From Candidatus Kapaibacterium sp. (GTDB lineage: Bacteria > Bacteroidota > Ignavibacteria > Kapaibacteriales > UBA2268), in contig OY761611.1 in assembly GCA_963664875.1 (NCBI GenBank), positions 3,072,001 to 3,136,000 on the forward strand: a stretch of DNA of 64,000 nt, written 5' to 3'. Position numbers and translations under genes: made by a program. Below the pieces are notes generated by a model. The model was not told where the DNA came from. It did not search any database and saw only the letters and a program-made list of their open reading frames with translations. The stretch's first letter is position 1. Each line of letters starts with the position of its first letter. Below are positions 10,359 through 21,170 of this stretch, piece after piece.

Positions 10359-11372
10359 TTGGGAGTATCAGATAAGTTGAAGAAAATTACAGTAATTGGA
10401 GCCGGAGGCTGGGGCACTGCACTTGCCTCCGTGCTTGCAAAAAACGGAAATAATGTCGATCTTTGGACTCATGAGCTTAGCGTAGTACAGGAAATTTCCG
10501 ACACTCGTACCAATAATACATACCTCCCCGGCGTAGTGCTTTCTGAAAAGATTACTGCTACCAATGACATCAAAGGCATTGACAATGCGAATATAATAAT
10601 AAATGCAGTGCCTACAAAGTTTATCAGAAGCTTATACCACGAGATGAAAGTTGATTTTTCTAAAAAAATCATAATAAACGCATCTAAAGGTATCGAGCAA
10701 AGCACTTCTTTTAGAATTTCTCAAATATTTAATGATGCCTGTGGCGTAGATTTCCATAATTATATAGCACTGACAGGACCTTCGCATGCTGAGGAAGTTG
10801 TGCGAGATGTACCTACTACCGTTATTGCTGCTTCGATTGATCACGATAAAGCACTTTACGTTCAGGAACTTCTCTCTACACCTACTTTTAGAATTTACAC
10901 ATCAGATGATTTGATTGGTGCAGAGATTGGTGGTGCAATTAAAAATGTAATTGCTATTGCTGCAGGGATTATAGACGGCTTAGGCATGGGTGACAACACC
11001 AAAGCTGCTCTTATTACTCGTGGATTAGCTGAAATGAGCAGAATCGGAGATGAAATGGGTGCAGATATCAGAACCTTTTCCGGCCTCTCCGGTTTGGGAG
11101 ATTTGTTTGTAACCTGCAACTCCAAACACAGCCGCAATAGATCAGTTGGTGAAAGAATCGGGAAAGGGGAAAAATACTCTGATATAGCCAATACTATGAA
11201 AATGGTTGCTGAAGGTGTATTTACTACCAGAGCTGTTGTAGAGCTATGTGAAAAATTGGAAGTTGAAATGCCTATTGCAGAGCAAATCAATAAAATTCTT
11301 TTTGATGAAAAATGCCCCAAAGATGCAATTCGCGATTTGATGCAAAGAGAATATAAAAAGGAATGGTGGTAA
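10359..11372 (+). CDS. gpsA: NAD(P)H-dependent glycerol-3-phosphate dehydrogenase
   Basis: GAGGWGTALA, GPSHAEEV, KNVIAIAAG, GLGDLFVTC, SRNR. Confidence 0.95.
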   Translation: MGVSDKLKKITVIGAGGWGTALASVLAKNGNNVDLWTHELSVVQEISDTRTNNTYLPGVVLSEKITATNDIKGIDNANIIINAVPTKFIRSLYHEMKVDFSKKIIINASKGIEQSTSFRISQIFNDACGVDFHNYIALTGPSHAEEVVRDVPTTVIAASIDHDKALYVQELLSTPTFRIYTSDDLIGAEIGGAIKNVIAIAAGIIDGLGMGDNTKAALITRGLAEMSRIGDEMGADIRTFSGLSGLGDLFVTCNSKHSRNRSVGERIGKGEKYSDIANTMKMVAEGVFTTRAVVELCEKLEVEMPIAEQINKILFDEKCPKDAIRDLMQREYKKEWW

Positions 11373-11380
11373 GGTTTTTT

Positions 11381-12571
11381 TTATCCATTCCTTTTTTTTA
11401 GATACTCTATAATTGAAAATATGCCATAGCCTGCCAACGGTAGCATCCAATATTTCATCATTGTCTGATATCTTGGGATACTGAAAAAGATAAAAGCAAC
11501 AATGCTGTGGTAAACCAGCATGGAGAATATTAAGCTATTTTCTTTGAATTTTGTACGAATGATGCCTATAATTGATGCAGCTAAGTATAGTAACCAAGGC
11601 AGGATATAAACTATTTGAGAAGTCATACCGGAGTAAGGGTAATAAACCCATAGATGAATTACTTTTTCGAAGCCGGATAAAAATGAAGACATTGGCTTTT
11701 CTGATATCCTTTTGAGTGCTTCCTGCTTATGCAAATCAATATAATCTAATTCGTACTTCTCAGAAAATTTTAGTTCAGCTTTCAATGAATCCATTCTGTC
11801 ATCAGCCCAAGCACCCGGATAAAGTGAGTTATGTCCTCGGTAGAGATTTATTCCAAAATTTGTAGTGAACGGAATAAACTTATCCAAAACTATATAGTTT
11901 CTTACAGTCCAGGGAGCCACAATCGACAAGGAAATTGCTATGTATAGCAGTGCATATTTTATTGAGGAACGCTTTAAAACAAAAAAAGAAAGAATCAAAA
12001 CTAACAGTGCAACTTCTGATCTGAATAAAATGGCTATACCTGAAAGTAACCCTAGTTTTGTGATTTCTTTTACGGAAAATTTGCTGTCTTTCGAAAACAT
12101 TAACAGCACTAATGCTATGAATAAATGATAGAAATTAGTAGTCACGGCAGTGGAAGAAGAAAAAATAAATTCAGGGAAAAGGGCTGCAAGCCCGGCTGCA
12201 AACAGAGCTGCCTTTTCGTTGAACTTGTTAGATGTGGCTTTATAAATTATAACAACAGATATTGCCGCTATTATGTGATTGGCTAACAGATACACAATAT
12301 TTCTGATTATCTCGCTTTTAATCAGAAAAAACGGAACTGTATAAAACACAGCTCCGACAGGCATATAAGCACCAACTGCAAATTCATTAGAATTGGAAGG
12401 ATTAGCAAAAAACGAAAAGCCTTTACCGGCTAATATGTTTTCAGCCATAATTCCATATTCGTAATAGTTTATGTTTTCGAAACTATTAAGAATGAAAGAA
12501 GCTGCAATTCTCACAAAAAATGCAATGCAAAATAAAATTAGGCTTTTTTTACTTATATCTTTTATTTTCAT
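11381..12571 (-). CDS. GT-C fold membrane glycosyltransferase (ArnT/PMT-like)
   Basis: Polytopic membrane protein with APWTVRNY, NFGINLYRGHN and PRY motifs; start placed at MKIKD. Confidence 0.7.
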   Translation of the reverse strand: MKIKDISKKSLILFCIAFFVRIAASFILNSFENINYYEYGIMAENILAGKGFSFFANPSNSNEFAVGAYMPVGAVFYTVPFFLIKSEIIRNIVYLLANHIIAAISVVIIYKATSNKFNEKAALFAAGLAALFPEFIFSSSTAVTTNFYHLFIALVLLMFSKDSKFSVKEITKLGLLSGIAILFRSEVALLVLILSFFVLKRSSIKYALLYIAISLSIVAPWTVRNYIVLDKFIPFTTNFGINLYRGHNSLYPGAWADDRMDSLKAELKFSEKYELDYIDLHKQEALKRISEKPMSSFLSGFEKVIHLWVYYPYSGMTSQIVYILPWLLYLAASIIGIIRTKFKENSLIFSMLVYHSIVAFIFFSIPRYQTMMKYWMLPLAGYGIFSIIEYLKKRNG

Positions 12572-12629
12572 CTGCTTTAGATTATTTTGTATTCTAAGAT
12601 TATTTAATTTACAATTATTGTTGCGAATA

Positions 12630-13982
12630 ATGAAGACAAAAAAGATATTTGTCTGCACCGAATGCGGTGCAAAATCTCCAAGATGGATTGGGAAATGTCC
12701 CGAATGTAATTCATGGAACTCTTATGTAGAACAAACAGAGACTAAAAGTTCTTCATCTTCCGTCTCACGTCAGCAGTCGGACTCAAAAATTTACAAATTG
12801 GCAGACGTACCTACCGAAGAGAATTACAGGATATCTACCGGTATCAAAGAGCTTGATAGGGTGCTTGGAGGAGGCATTATCCCGGGTTCAATAGTCTTAG
12901 CGGGAGGCGATCCGGGAATTGGCAAATCAACTCTAATGTTACAGATGTGTGGCGGTATCAAAGAGTTTGCACCGCTATATGTAACAGGCGAAGAGTCATT
13001 GCAGCAAATCAAGTTCAGGGCAGCCCGCATCAAAGGAATAGATGAGGAAATGCTTATACTTGCAGAAACAAATCTTGAACAGATAATATATCATATTTCG
13101 TCTTCAGAAAGCCGGGTGATAATTGTAGATTCGATTCAGTCTATTCACTCAGAAAAAATCGAAGCCACTCCCGGCAGTGTTGTGCAGATTCGTGAATGTA
13201 CTTCTGCACTAATGCAGCTGGCAAAACAGACTAATAAAGCAATCTTTGTCATTGGTCATGTTACAAAAGAAGGTGTGATTGCCGGACCTAAAATACTTGA
13301 GCATATGGTGGATACAGTTTTGCAATTCGAAGGTGAAAAAACATACTCATACCGAATCCTTCGAGCAATTAAAAACAGATTTGGCTCGACCAATGAGATT
13401 GGAATATTTGACATGAGCGATGCAGGACTCAGAGAAGTAAGCAATCCTTCCGAAATATTTTTATCCTCGCGTGAAGTGCAAGAACCAGGGACATCTATCG
13501 TTGCAGCTATGGAAGGCTCTCGACCTTTGCTGCTCGAAGTGCAGGCTTTGGTTACTCCTACCAGCTATGGTGTTCCACAAAGAACCTCAAATGGATATGA
13601 TTCCCGTAGGCTTCAGATGGTGCTTGCTGTGCTCGAAAAAAGGCTCGGAGCTCAATTCCAAAAGAATGATGTTTTTGTCAATATCACTGGAGGCGTGTCT
13701 CTAAGTGATACATCAGTCGATTTGGGAGTAGCTGCCGCACTTATCAGTTCGCTAAGAGATCAGGCATTAGACGCAATGACAGTAATTATAGGTGAAATTG
13801 GATTAACAGGTGAGGTCAGGAGTGTCGCTAATTTAGAAAGAAGAATAGGCGAGTGCGAGAAACTCGGATTCAAATCTGTAATGATACCACAGAACAGTAT
13901 TAGTAAATTAAGCAAAAAATTTGATATTAAACTGTTACCAACTGCAAGAATATCTTTGGCATTATCAACTTTATTTGGCTAA
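12630..13982 (+). CDS. radA: DNA repair protein RadA/Sms
   Basis: C4 zinc finger CTECG..CPECNSW, GDPGIGKS Walker A, KNRFG motif; true start 12630. Confidence 0.96.
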   Translation: MKTKKIFVCTECGAKSPRWIGKCPECNSWNSYVEQTETKSSSSSVSRQQSDSKIYKLADVPTEENYRISTGIKELDRVLGGGIIPGSIVLAGGDPGIGKSTLMLQMCGGIKEFAPLYVTGEESLQQIKFRAARIKGIDEEMLILAETNLEQIIYHISSSESRVIIVDSIQSIHSEKIEATPGSVVQIRECTSALMQLAKQTNKAIFVIGHVTKEGVIAGPKILEHMVDTVLQFEGEKTYSYRILRAIKNRFGSTNEIGIFDMSDAGLREVSNPSEIFLSSREVQEPGTSIVAAMEGSRPLLLEVQALVTPTSYGVPQRTSNGYDSRRLQMVLAVLEKRLGAQFQKNDVFVNITGGVSLSDTSVDLGVAAALISSLRDQALDAMTVIIGEIGLTGEVRSVANLERRIGECEKLGFKSVMIPQNSISKLSKKFDIKLLPTARISLALSTLFG

Positions 13983-14089
13983 GATAGCATTTTTTTGATA
14001 TATTAGATTTACTTAGAGAAATAATATTTATTTCTTATTGTCTTAGTTTATACACTGAAGTAAATATCTCTGATATTTGGAATTTTATA

Positions 14090-15793
14090 ATGTTTGAACA
14101 AGTAATAGATAAAGAGAAAAAAAGCCTAACAGCTTCGATTAAAAAAGACACAAAACGGGTCTCTTTAGATAGTATAATAAACAGCAACATAAGCGAGGCA
14201 TACAAAAAGTACTTCCTTGCCGAGGTCAAATGGTGGATATACCAAGATAGAATTGTCAGAAGTAGTGGGAATTATTTTGAAATAACTCCTGAGATAAACA
14301 GCGAGTTTGATGCTCTTGATAAACTATACCTAAAAACCGCATATTTTAGCAAAGCTACATTGGCGAAAGTGATTGATTCTGCAGTAAAAGTAAGGCTTAA
14401 TATGCTTTGCCGACCTGTTACTGCTATGAAATGGTTTATTTATAGAGGCGAACCTACTCGGACTATAAAAGAAATAAATTGCAGGTTGGAGTATCTTTTT
14501 GATCATAACTACCTTGTTAGAGCGGTTAAGACTTGGATTGAAGAACAGCAATTTGATGAGAAGCAATCACTCACAGCAGCAGAGTTCGAAAATGCTGTAA
14601 GAGAAATGGATTCAAACCACTTTTTGGATATGGGACCTTCAGAATTTTATGATTTGTTAGTACCAATCTTTGACTTCTTCATAGTAACAGATGCTGATAA
14701 AATCCCTATCGAAGCTTTAATTGTTTTCTCTGATGACAAATCATTAGGTAAGCTTACTAAAACTCTTGAAAAGATGCTGTTCCGAGACAAGATAACCAGC
14801 ATTACAAAGCAGGAGCTAATCGATATTCTTACTGATTTATTTGACATCAAAGAATCTTCTGTCAGACCTGCTATGAGCAAAATGACTGCTCCTGACATCC
14901 CTGAATTTAAAGCACCAAAAAATCTTGGATCTCCTGTAACCGAAAAAGCAGATTCTGATACTTCAAAAGGACTCAACTTGTCTCCTGATGTTGCAGAAAC
15001 TATTGGCAAAACAGATAAAGATAGTTTAATTAAGCACCAACAGACAAATATTGAGGATGTCGCAAAAGAAGTGATAACTGAGCTCGATGACGAAGAGCAT
15101 GATTTAGATGCGCTTGCAGAGCTGGTGCTGCAAGACGAATCGATTTTCGATCAGAAGCATCAACGAAAAGAGTATAAAGCAATAACTGACGAAGATTTGG
15201 AAGAAGACGAGGAAGATTTGGATGATCTTCTATCCGAATTAGAAAGCACTATAAGCTCTTCTGAAAACAGCAATTCGTCTGATATGGGCAAAGCAGATTT
15301 GCCTTCTGATTTGAAAAACGAACTCTCAGCTCTTGTGTCAGACTTAGATTTTGCTACAGATTTAGATGATTTTGATATTGATAACAATGACTCAATTATC
15401 AATAAAGCTGATGACTTTGCAGATGAGTTGTCAGAGCTGGATGAAGCAGAAGAAGTCATTTCAGGATTTGCAGACGACAACAATTACAATCCTTCGAACG
15501 AACTTGATGCTTTAGAGCATGACCCCGACTGGGACGAAGTTGAAGATACTTTGAATGAGGAAGAAAATATGCAGGAAGAAAAATACATTCCACCCGCAGA
15601 AATAGGCTTGTCCGAAGAAACAATCGAAGAAATGCATAAGTTAGATGATTTTATTGTAAATCATAAAGAAGAGTTTGCTGCAGAAAAAACATATATAGAG
15701 TCTGATTTAGACTCTGATATTTTACTCGATGAGTTAGAAGGTAAGCATTTGATAACTATTAAAAATGATGAGGACGAAGACGAGATATTATGA
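14090..15793 (+). CDS. Hypothetical protein: helical N-domain plus long Asp/Glu-rich, probably disordered C-terminal half
   Basis: 567-aa ORF; stop overlaps the obgE start (ATGA). Confidence 0.75.
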   Translation: MFEQVIDKEKKSLTASIKKDTKRVSLDSIINSNISEAYKKYFLAEVKWWIYQDRIVRSSGNYFEITPEINSEFDALDKLYLKTAYFSKATLAKVIDSAVKVRLNMLCRPVTAMKWFIYRGEPTRTIKEINCRLEYLFDHNYLVRAVKTWIEEQQFDEKQSLTAAEFENAVREMDSNHFLDMGPSEFYDLLVPIFDFFIVTDADKIPIEALIVFSDDKSLGKLTKTLEKMLFRDKITSITKQELIDILTDLFDIKESSVRPAMSKMTAPDIPEFKAPKNLGSPVTEKADSDTSKGLNLSPDVAETIGKTDKDSLIKHQQTNIEDVAKEVITELDDEEHDLDALAELVLQDESIFDQKHQRKEYKAITDEDLEEDEEDLDDLLSELESTISSSENSNSSDMGKADLPSDLKNELSALVSDLDFATDLDDFDIDNNDSIINKADDFADELSELDEAEEVISGFADDNNYNPSNELDALEHDPDWDEVEDTLNEEENMQEEKYIPPAEIGLSEETIEEMHKLDDFIVNHKEEFAAEKTYIESDLDSDILLDELEGKHLITIKNDEDEDEIL

Positions 15794-16782
15794 AATTTGT
15801 AGATTTAGCTCGAATATGGATAAGCTCCGGTAAAGGTGGCGATGGTGCAATAAGCTTTCGTAAAGAAAAGTTTGTTCCAAAAGGTGGACCTGATGGAGGA
15901 AACGGCGGAAGAGGCGGAGATGTTATTTTTCAGGTCAATCCACATCTTAACACTCTATTAGATTTTCAGTTTCAAAGAAAATATGTAGCTGAAGATGGTG
16001 CTGCCGGTGCAAGACAAAAAATGACCGGCAAAGATGGAGAAGATATTATTATTCAAGTACCGCTCGGTACTATTGTCAGAAATGCAGAGACAGGAGATAT
16101 TCTCGCAGATCTTTCCGAGCCGGATCAACGCGAGATTGTCGCGAAAGGCGGGAACGGTGGATTTGGTAATGCCGAATTCCCTACTCCTACGAATCAGGCT
16201 CCACGTTATGCTAAGCCGGGACTTCCCGGGCAGAGCTTCTATGTAGAATTAGAGCTCAAGCTTTTAGCTGACGTTGGAATTGTTGGGTTTCCTAATGCTG
16301 GCAAATCCACTTTGATAAGTGTCATATCTGCAGCAAAACCTAAGATAGCTGACTATCCGTTTACCACATTGATTCCTAATCTTGGTATAGTTAAAGTTGC
16401 TGAAGGCAAAACATTCTGCGTTGCTGACATACCGGGCTTGATAGAAGGTGCCTCTGAAGGCAAAGGTCTTGGCATCCAATTTTTGAGACATGTGGAAAGA
16501 ACTTCTGTTTTGTTATTCCTGATTGATGCTTGGAGCGAAGACCACCAACGTGAGTATGAGACGCTCTGGGAAGAACTTGAAAAATTTAATCCGGAAATTG
16601 TAACTAAAAAAAGTTTGATTTGTATATCTAAAGTCGATTCTTTCGAATCTGAATTACATGAAGAATTAGCTAACCTTGATTTGGGTAACGGCAGAAAGCC
16701 GGATATGCTGATTTCTTCTGTCTCAGGGGAAAATATCGAAGAATTGAAATGGAAACTTTGGAACGAAATACAATCTCTTTAA
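15790..16782 (+). CDS. obgE: GTPase Obg
   Basis: Gly-rich Obg fold (GGPDGGNGGRGG), GFPNAGKS, DYPFTT, DIPG. Confidence 0.96.
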   Translation: MKFVDLARIWISSGKGGDGAISFRKEKFVPKGGPDGGNGGRGGDVIFQVNPHLNTLLDFQFQRKYVAEDGAAGARQKMTGKDGEDIIIQVPLGTIVRNAETGDILADLSEPDQREIVAKGGNGGFGNAEFPTPTNQAPRYAKPGLPGQSFYVELELKLLADVGIVGFPNAGKSTLISVISAAKPKIADYPFTTLIPNLGIVKVAEGKTFCVADIPGLIEGASEGKGLGIQFLRHVERTSVLLFLIDAWSEDHQREYETLWEELEKFNPEIVTKKSLICISKVDSFESELHEELANLDLGNGRKPDMLISSVSGENIEELKWKLWNEIQSL

Positions 16783-16800
16783 ATTATTATTAAGGTTCAA

Positions 16801-19569
16801 ATGAAACAGATTTTTGTGGCGATGTTGATTCTGTCGCTTTCCTTGCCTATGGCTTTTGCTAAAAGACCATCTTTTCCTCCTAAGGAAGACCCTGCTAAAA
16901 GGGATGAGTGGTTGAGAAGTACTTATATCAATCCTAATGATAAAAACATCCCTGAAAATATTGATGCATTGCAAAGAAATTATGCATCTACTTTGCCGGT
17001 TGCTCCCGAGGGTTTTCTGGCAAAAGGTTCTAACGTTCAGTCCCAAACTTGGCTGTCTGCCGGGCCTAACAATATTGGAGGGCGTACAAGGGCTGTGGCT
17101 TTTGACGTAAGCAATCCAAATATTTTGATAGCCGGCGGTGTTTCCGGTGGGATTTGGCGTTCGGTGGATGGAGGTCAATCATGGGTGCAGACAACCGGTA
17201 AAAAGGAAGTCCCCTCTGTTACTACTATAGTGCAGGATAGACGCCCGGGCAAGACTCACATCTGGTATTTTGCCGGAGGCGAAGTATTCGGTAACTCTGC
17301 CGGAACGAGCAAAGGTACAAGCTATTACGGTAATGGTATTTACAAATCAACTGATAACGGTTTGACTTGGGCACCGCTACCCGGTACTTCTTCAGATTCG
17401 CCACACAGATACGACACATTTGACCAAATTCACAGACTTGTTTTAGATCATAAAACCTTAGATCAGGATATTATTTATGCAGCTTCTGTCGGTGGAGTAT
17501 TCCGCTCATCTGACGGAGGCGAATCTTGGACTACAGTCCTTGGTGATGCATCAGATTTAAACAATGGTCCTCAGCATACTGAAATTGTTATGTCTGAATT
17601 TGGAATCTTGTATGCTGCTTTGAGCAGCAACAGTTCAAACTGGTCAAGTGCAACTCAGTCTGGTTTCTTTAGATCTACTGACGGCATCGAGTGGGAAGAA
17701 ATCACTCCTGACGGTTTTCTAAAAGGTAGCAGACGCACTGTAATAGCTGCTGCTGCAGACGATAAGCTGGTTTATTTTTTGACTTATCACTCCAATAACA
17801 ACGGTACTTATTGCCCTGACGGCTATGGCTGTTCTTCGCTTTACGTTGTAGATGATAACTCCAATCCGGGTGATTGGTACGATCTCTCAGAAAATCTGCC
17901 AATAATCAACAGCGGCTTGAATTACGGAATTTTCAAATCACAGAGTGGCTATAATATGTGTATCGCAGTTAAACCTGATGATTCATATTATGTTGTGATT
18001 GGCGGTACTAATTTGTATGTGTCGTCATATTCCTTTATGTCATCGGAAAATACCAAATGGGTTGGAGGTTACAATCCTGATTATGACCCAACAATTTTCT
18101 CTGATTACAACGCTACATGGCTTGAAAAAATTGCTGAATGGCGCAATATGATGTTCCCGACTAGTGGCTGGGATTTCCATACAATTGTCTTTCATCCTGA
18201 CAATCCCGATATCATGATTACAGGTAGTGACCATGGGCTTCATCGAGTAAATAATTTCAAAGAAGCATACAAATCCGGGAACTTCACTTGGGATGACTTG
18301 AATAATGGCTACAACACCACTCAGTTTTACGATTGCAGCATTCATCCAACCGAAGCCGGAAATGAAACTATCATCGGTGGTATGCAGGATAACGGCACTT
18401 GGGGCACTTTTACTTCCAATGTTGAGTTTGAAGAGATGACCGGTGGTGATGGTATGCACTCTGTTATCAATCAAAACGGTGATATACTTGTATCTTCCCA
18501 AATGGGCTATATAATGAGAATGATTTATGAAGATGGCAAACTCGTTGGGGGCTACCAATTCCAACCGGAAGATCATCTTGGAATTCAATTTTCCTTCTAC
18601 AATCCGTTTGAAATCAATCCGAATAACACTAATTCTTTAGTTATGGGAGCTGCATCAGGTATCGTCTATTGTTCTGATTATACTGATGGTAAAAAGGCTT
18701 ACCAGAACTGGTCTTTTAGAGATATGGGGTGGGTGAATATTACTTCTATGGCTTTTGCTACTACTCCCGCAAATACGCTTTACGTAGGAACAAGTTACAA
18801 AGGTATTTACAAAATTGCTGATGTTACAAACTCTTCTTCAAATATTAAACAGATTAGCTACCCATCTGACGTTAATTATGGCTATACTTCTGATATTTGG
18901 GTAGATCCTATGAATGGAGACCACATAATTGCCATTATCTCTAATTATTATTCCAGAAGCATTCTGGAAACTACTGATGGTGGAGATTCTTGGACTGATC
19001 ATGGTGGTAATCTCGAAGAATTCGAAGATGGAAGCGGCTCAGGTCCTTCTGTAAGGTCGTATGCAAGATTGAATACTAAAGATGGTGTTGTGCATTTTGT
19101 TGGTACTTCTGCCGGGCTTTACTCCACTAAAAACTTAGATGGTGCTAATACTGAATGGATCAGAGAAGGCGAAAATACCATCGGTATGGCAGTCGTTTCT
19201 AAAGTACACGCAAGACAATCCGACGGCAGAATAGTTGTTTCTACTCATGGTAACGGACTATTCAAAACTAACTATTCTACTTCTATCGAAGATTTCGACG
19301 CTGCGAGCCTTGGCTTTGCTATCTCTGAAATATATCCTAATCCGTCGGCAGGTATGTTACATTTTGTAATCAATTCTGACGATAGAGCTTTTGTAGAAGC
19401 TCGCCTTTTAGATTTGCAGGGCAAAGAAATTGCTAAAGTTATTTCGGAAGAGTTCTCCGGTACTAAAAAAGTACATTACGATGCTACTAATTTACCTAAC
19501 GGTACTTACTTCCTAAATATAAGCGATGGAACGCATTTTGTTACTAAAAAGATTAGCATAGCAAAATAA
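16801..19569 (+). CDS. Secreted Asp-box (BNR) beta-propeller protein, VPS10/GH74-like, with T9SS C-terminal domain
   Basis: Signal peptide, GPNNIGGRTRA, repeated SxDGGxSW boxes, STHGNG, IYPNP..GTYFL CTD. Confidence 0.8.
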   Translation: MKQIFVAMLILSLSLPMAFAKRPSFPPKEDPAKRDEWLRSTYINPNDKNIPENIDALQRNYASTLPVAPEGFLAKGSNVQSQTWLSAGPNNIGGRTRAVAFDVSNPNILIAGGVSGGIWRSVDGGQSWVQTTGKKEVPSVTTIVQDRRPGKTHIWYFAGGEVFGNSAGTSKGTSYYGNGIYKSTDNGLTWAPLPGTSSDSPHRYDTFDQIHRLVLDHKTLDQDIIYAASVGGVFRSSDGGESWTTVLGDASDLNNGPQHTEIVMSEFGILYAALSSNSSNWSSATQSGFFRSTDGIEWEEITPDGFLKGSRRTVIAAAADDKLVYFLTYHSNNNGTYCPDGYGCSSLYVVDDNSNPGDWYDLSENLPIINSGLNYGIFKSQSGYNMCIAVKPDDSYYVVIGGTNLYVSSYSFMSSENTKWVGGYNPDYDPTIFSDYNATWLEKIAEWRNMMFPTSGWDFHTIVFHPDNPDIMITGSDHGLHRVNNFKEAYKSGNFTWDDLNNGYNTTQFYDCSIHPTEAGNETIIGGMQDNGTWGTFTSNVEFEEMTGGDGMHSVINQNGDILVSSQMGYIMRMIYEDGKLVGGYQFQPEDHLGIQFSFYNPFEINPNNTNSLVMGAASGIVYCSDYTDGKKAYQNWSFRDMGWVNITSMAFATTPANTLYVGTSYKGIYKIADVTNSSSNIKQISYPSDVNYGYTSDIWVDPMNGDHIIAIISNYYSRSILETTDGGDSWTDHGGNLEEFEDGSGSGPSVRSYARLNTKDGVVHFVGTSAGLYSTKNLDGANTEWIREGENTIGMAVVSKVHARQSDGRIVVSTHGNGLFKTNYSTSIEDFDAASLGFAISEIYPNPSAGMLHFVINSDDRAFVEARLLDLQGKEIAKVISEEFSGTKKVHYDATNLPNGTYFLNISDGTHFVTKKISIAK

Positions 19570-19611
19570 ATCTTCTTCTGCTCACAAATGGCAGATGTAA
19601 AATAAAGTATT

Positions 19612-19649
19612 ATCCCCAAAATGACTATAAATCGTTTTGGGGATTTTTT
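19612..19649 (+). terminator. Intrinsic terminator
   Basis: atccccaaaatga/tcgttttggggat stem plus T run. Confidence 0.7.
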
Positions 19650-19706
19650 ATTTTGTCTCTCTCTATTGACTTTCCTGCAGGAAGAACATCCGAATCATTG
19701 ATTACT

Positions 19707-19886
19707 CTACTTCAACTTTACTTTCTTGAAATATAAAAACATATAAAATACTAAACTCAGCACGAGAAATACTATGTTTACCAATCGTGCAAAGGGCGGA
19801 GCTGCCTCAGGATATATCTGCCCTAGTAACACAACGGAATTTAGCACTAAAAGCACTATAATCAGTTTGCGGAAGAAGTTGCTCAT
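19707..19886 (-). CDS. Small two-TM membrane protein (59 aa; not in the ORF track)
   Basis: Manual translation MSNFFRKLIIVLLVLNSVVLLGQIYPEAAPPFARLVNIVFLVLSLVFYMFLYFKKVKLK. Confidence 0.6.
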   Translation of the reverse strand: MSNFFRKLIIVLLVLNSVVLLGQIYPEAAPPFARLVNIVFLVLSLVFYMFLYFKKVKLK

Positions 19887-19995
19887 CTATCTGTCTCTAA
19901 ATATTTCACACATCATTTGAATATATACAAACAAAAAACTCGCCAAAATAGTTTCCCCATTATGACGAGTCTCAAATTATAAACAGAAAAAACAT

Positions 19996-20436
19996 CTACA
20001 TACTTTCTTTGATATTTCTTTCCATTTTATCAATAATCGCTATTAGCTGCTGCTGTTCTTCATTGCTGACCCCTTTTAGAGCAATATCCATAGAGTCTTG
20101 CCAGCATTGTTGCACTTTGTCTTTGATTTTATCAGCTTTGGGCAATATCTCCACTATAATTTTGCGAGAATCTGTTTCGCTTTGCTTTTTAGTAATATAA
20201 CCTGCAAACTCCAATTTCGTAACAATTCGCGTTACATTAGCGAAATCCTTATTGGTTTTTTCAGCAATCTCGCCTATTGTCATGCCGTCCTGCTGCCACA
20301 GATAATATAACACTACCCACTGATCCGGGGTAATCTCCACCTGATTTTTAGCAATTATTCTAAAAATATGCCTTTTGAGCAAAGCACCAAGCATCGCTAC
20401 ACGATGGTTTGCTGATTCTTCAAGATTAATCTTCAT
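19996..20436 (-). CDS. MarR-family transcriptional regulator
   Basis: ITPDQWVVL, NVTRIVTKLE..GYI, DSRK wing. Confidence 0.9.
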   Translation of the reverse strand: MKINLEESANHRVAMLGALLKRHIFRIIAKNQVEITPDQWVVLYYLWQQDGMTIGEIAEKTNKDFANVTRIVTKLEFAGYITKKQSETDSRKIIVEILPKADKIKDKVQQCWQDSMDIALKGVSNEEQQQLIAIIDKMERNIKESM

Positions 20437-21142
20437 TGCCTGTTATTCTCTTTCTTACGTTTTTCCAACCATGAGTGCCTTGCAGACAAGATTCGTTAAA
20501 TGTATGATACATTTCTTTAAATCTTGACATTGGGACTGATAAGCTTATAATATCTGCTTCTACCTGCGGTCTTACTGACGGATCGAACATTCCTAAATAT
20601 GTTTTATATCCGTTCCTTCTGTTTTCTGTTATTGTCTGTGCTACTGTCGCACTGCAACCTGAAGCAAAAGGTACGCAAACTGCATCGTCTCTGTTATGGT
20701 CAAAATGCACCCATGAAACAAGGCCCGACATAACATCAGGATTTGCAAAAAACACAAGACCTTCTGCTGATTCAAAATTATCAATCTGAGTTATAGATGC
20801 AAAATTAAGGTATTTACCTGACATGTCTATGAGTTCTAAACCTTTTACAAAGTCTATCATCTGCTCAGGTACATCTTTGTATCTTTCTTTTAGTGATACA
20901 TAAGGAGGAATAAACTCCGGCATTTCGATGAAACCGCAGTAAAGTTTTCCGCCAGGGCAGTAAATGGCGTCCACATCAAAACTGACAACTCCGCCATCGC
21001 GAGCAGGTTTAAGGTTGTGCATAAAGCAACCTTTTGATTTCAAAATTTCACCGGCAGGCGACTCAGAGTACCACACTGCAACAGGTAATTCATAGTTGCC
21101 AAAGGCTTCTTTGTACATTTCGATAAACTTGTCGATGTTCAT
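20426..21142 (-). CDS. DUF169-family protein
   Basis: CPGGKLYCGF, PFASGCSA, YLGMFDPSVRP motifs; overlaps marR. Confidence 0.7.
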   Translation of the reverse strand: MNIDKFIEMYKEAFGNYELPVAVWYSESPAGEILKSKGCFMHNLKPARDGGVVSFDVDAIYCPGGKLYCGFIEMPEFIPPYVSLKERYKDVPEQMIDFVKGLELIDMSGKYLNFASITQIDNFESAEGLVFFANPDVMSGLVSWVHFDHNRDDAVCVPFASGCSATVAQTITENRRNGYKTYLGMFDPSVRPQVEADIISLSVPMSRFKEMYHTFNESCLQGTHGWKNVRKRITGNED

Positions 21143-21170
21143 ATTGCACCATCAGATTGATTGATAGAAA

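Noticed and set aside
12471-12658. Apparent 188-nt head-to-head overlap of radA and the glycosyltransferase
   Set aside because: Artefact of longest-ORF starts; likely starts at 12630 and 12571 leave a normal divergent gap.
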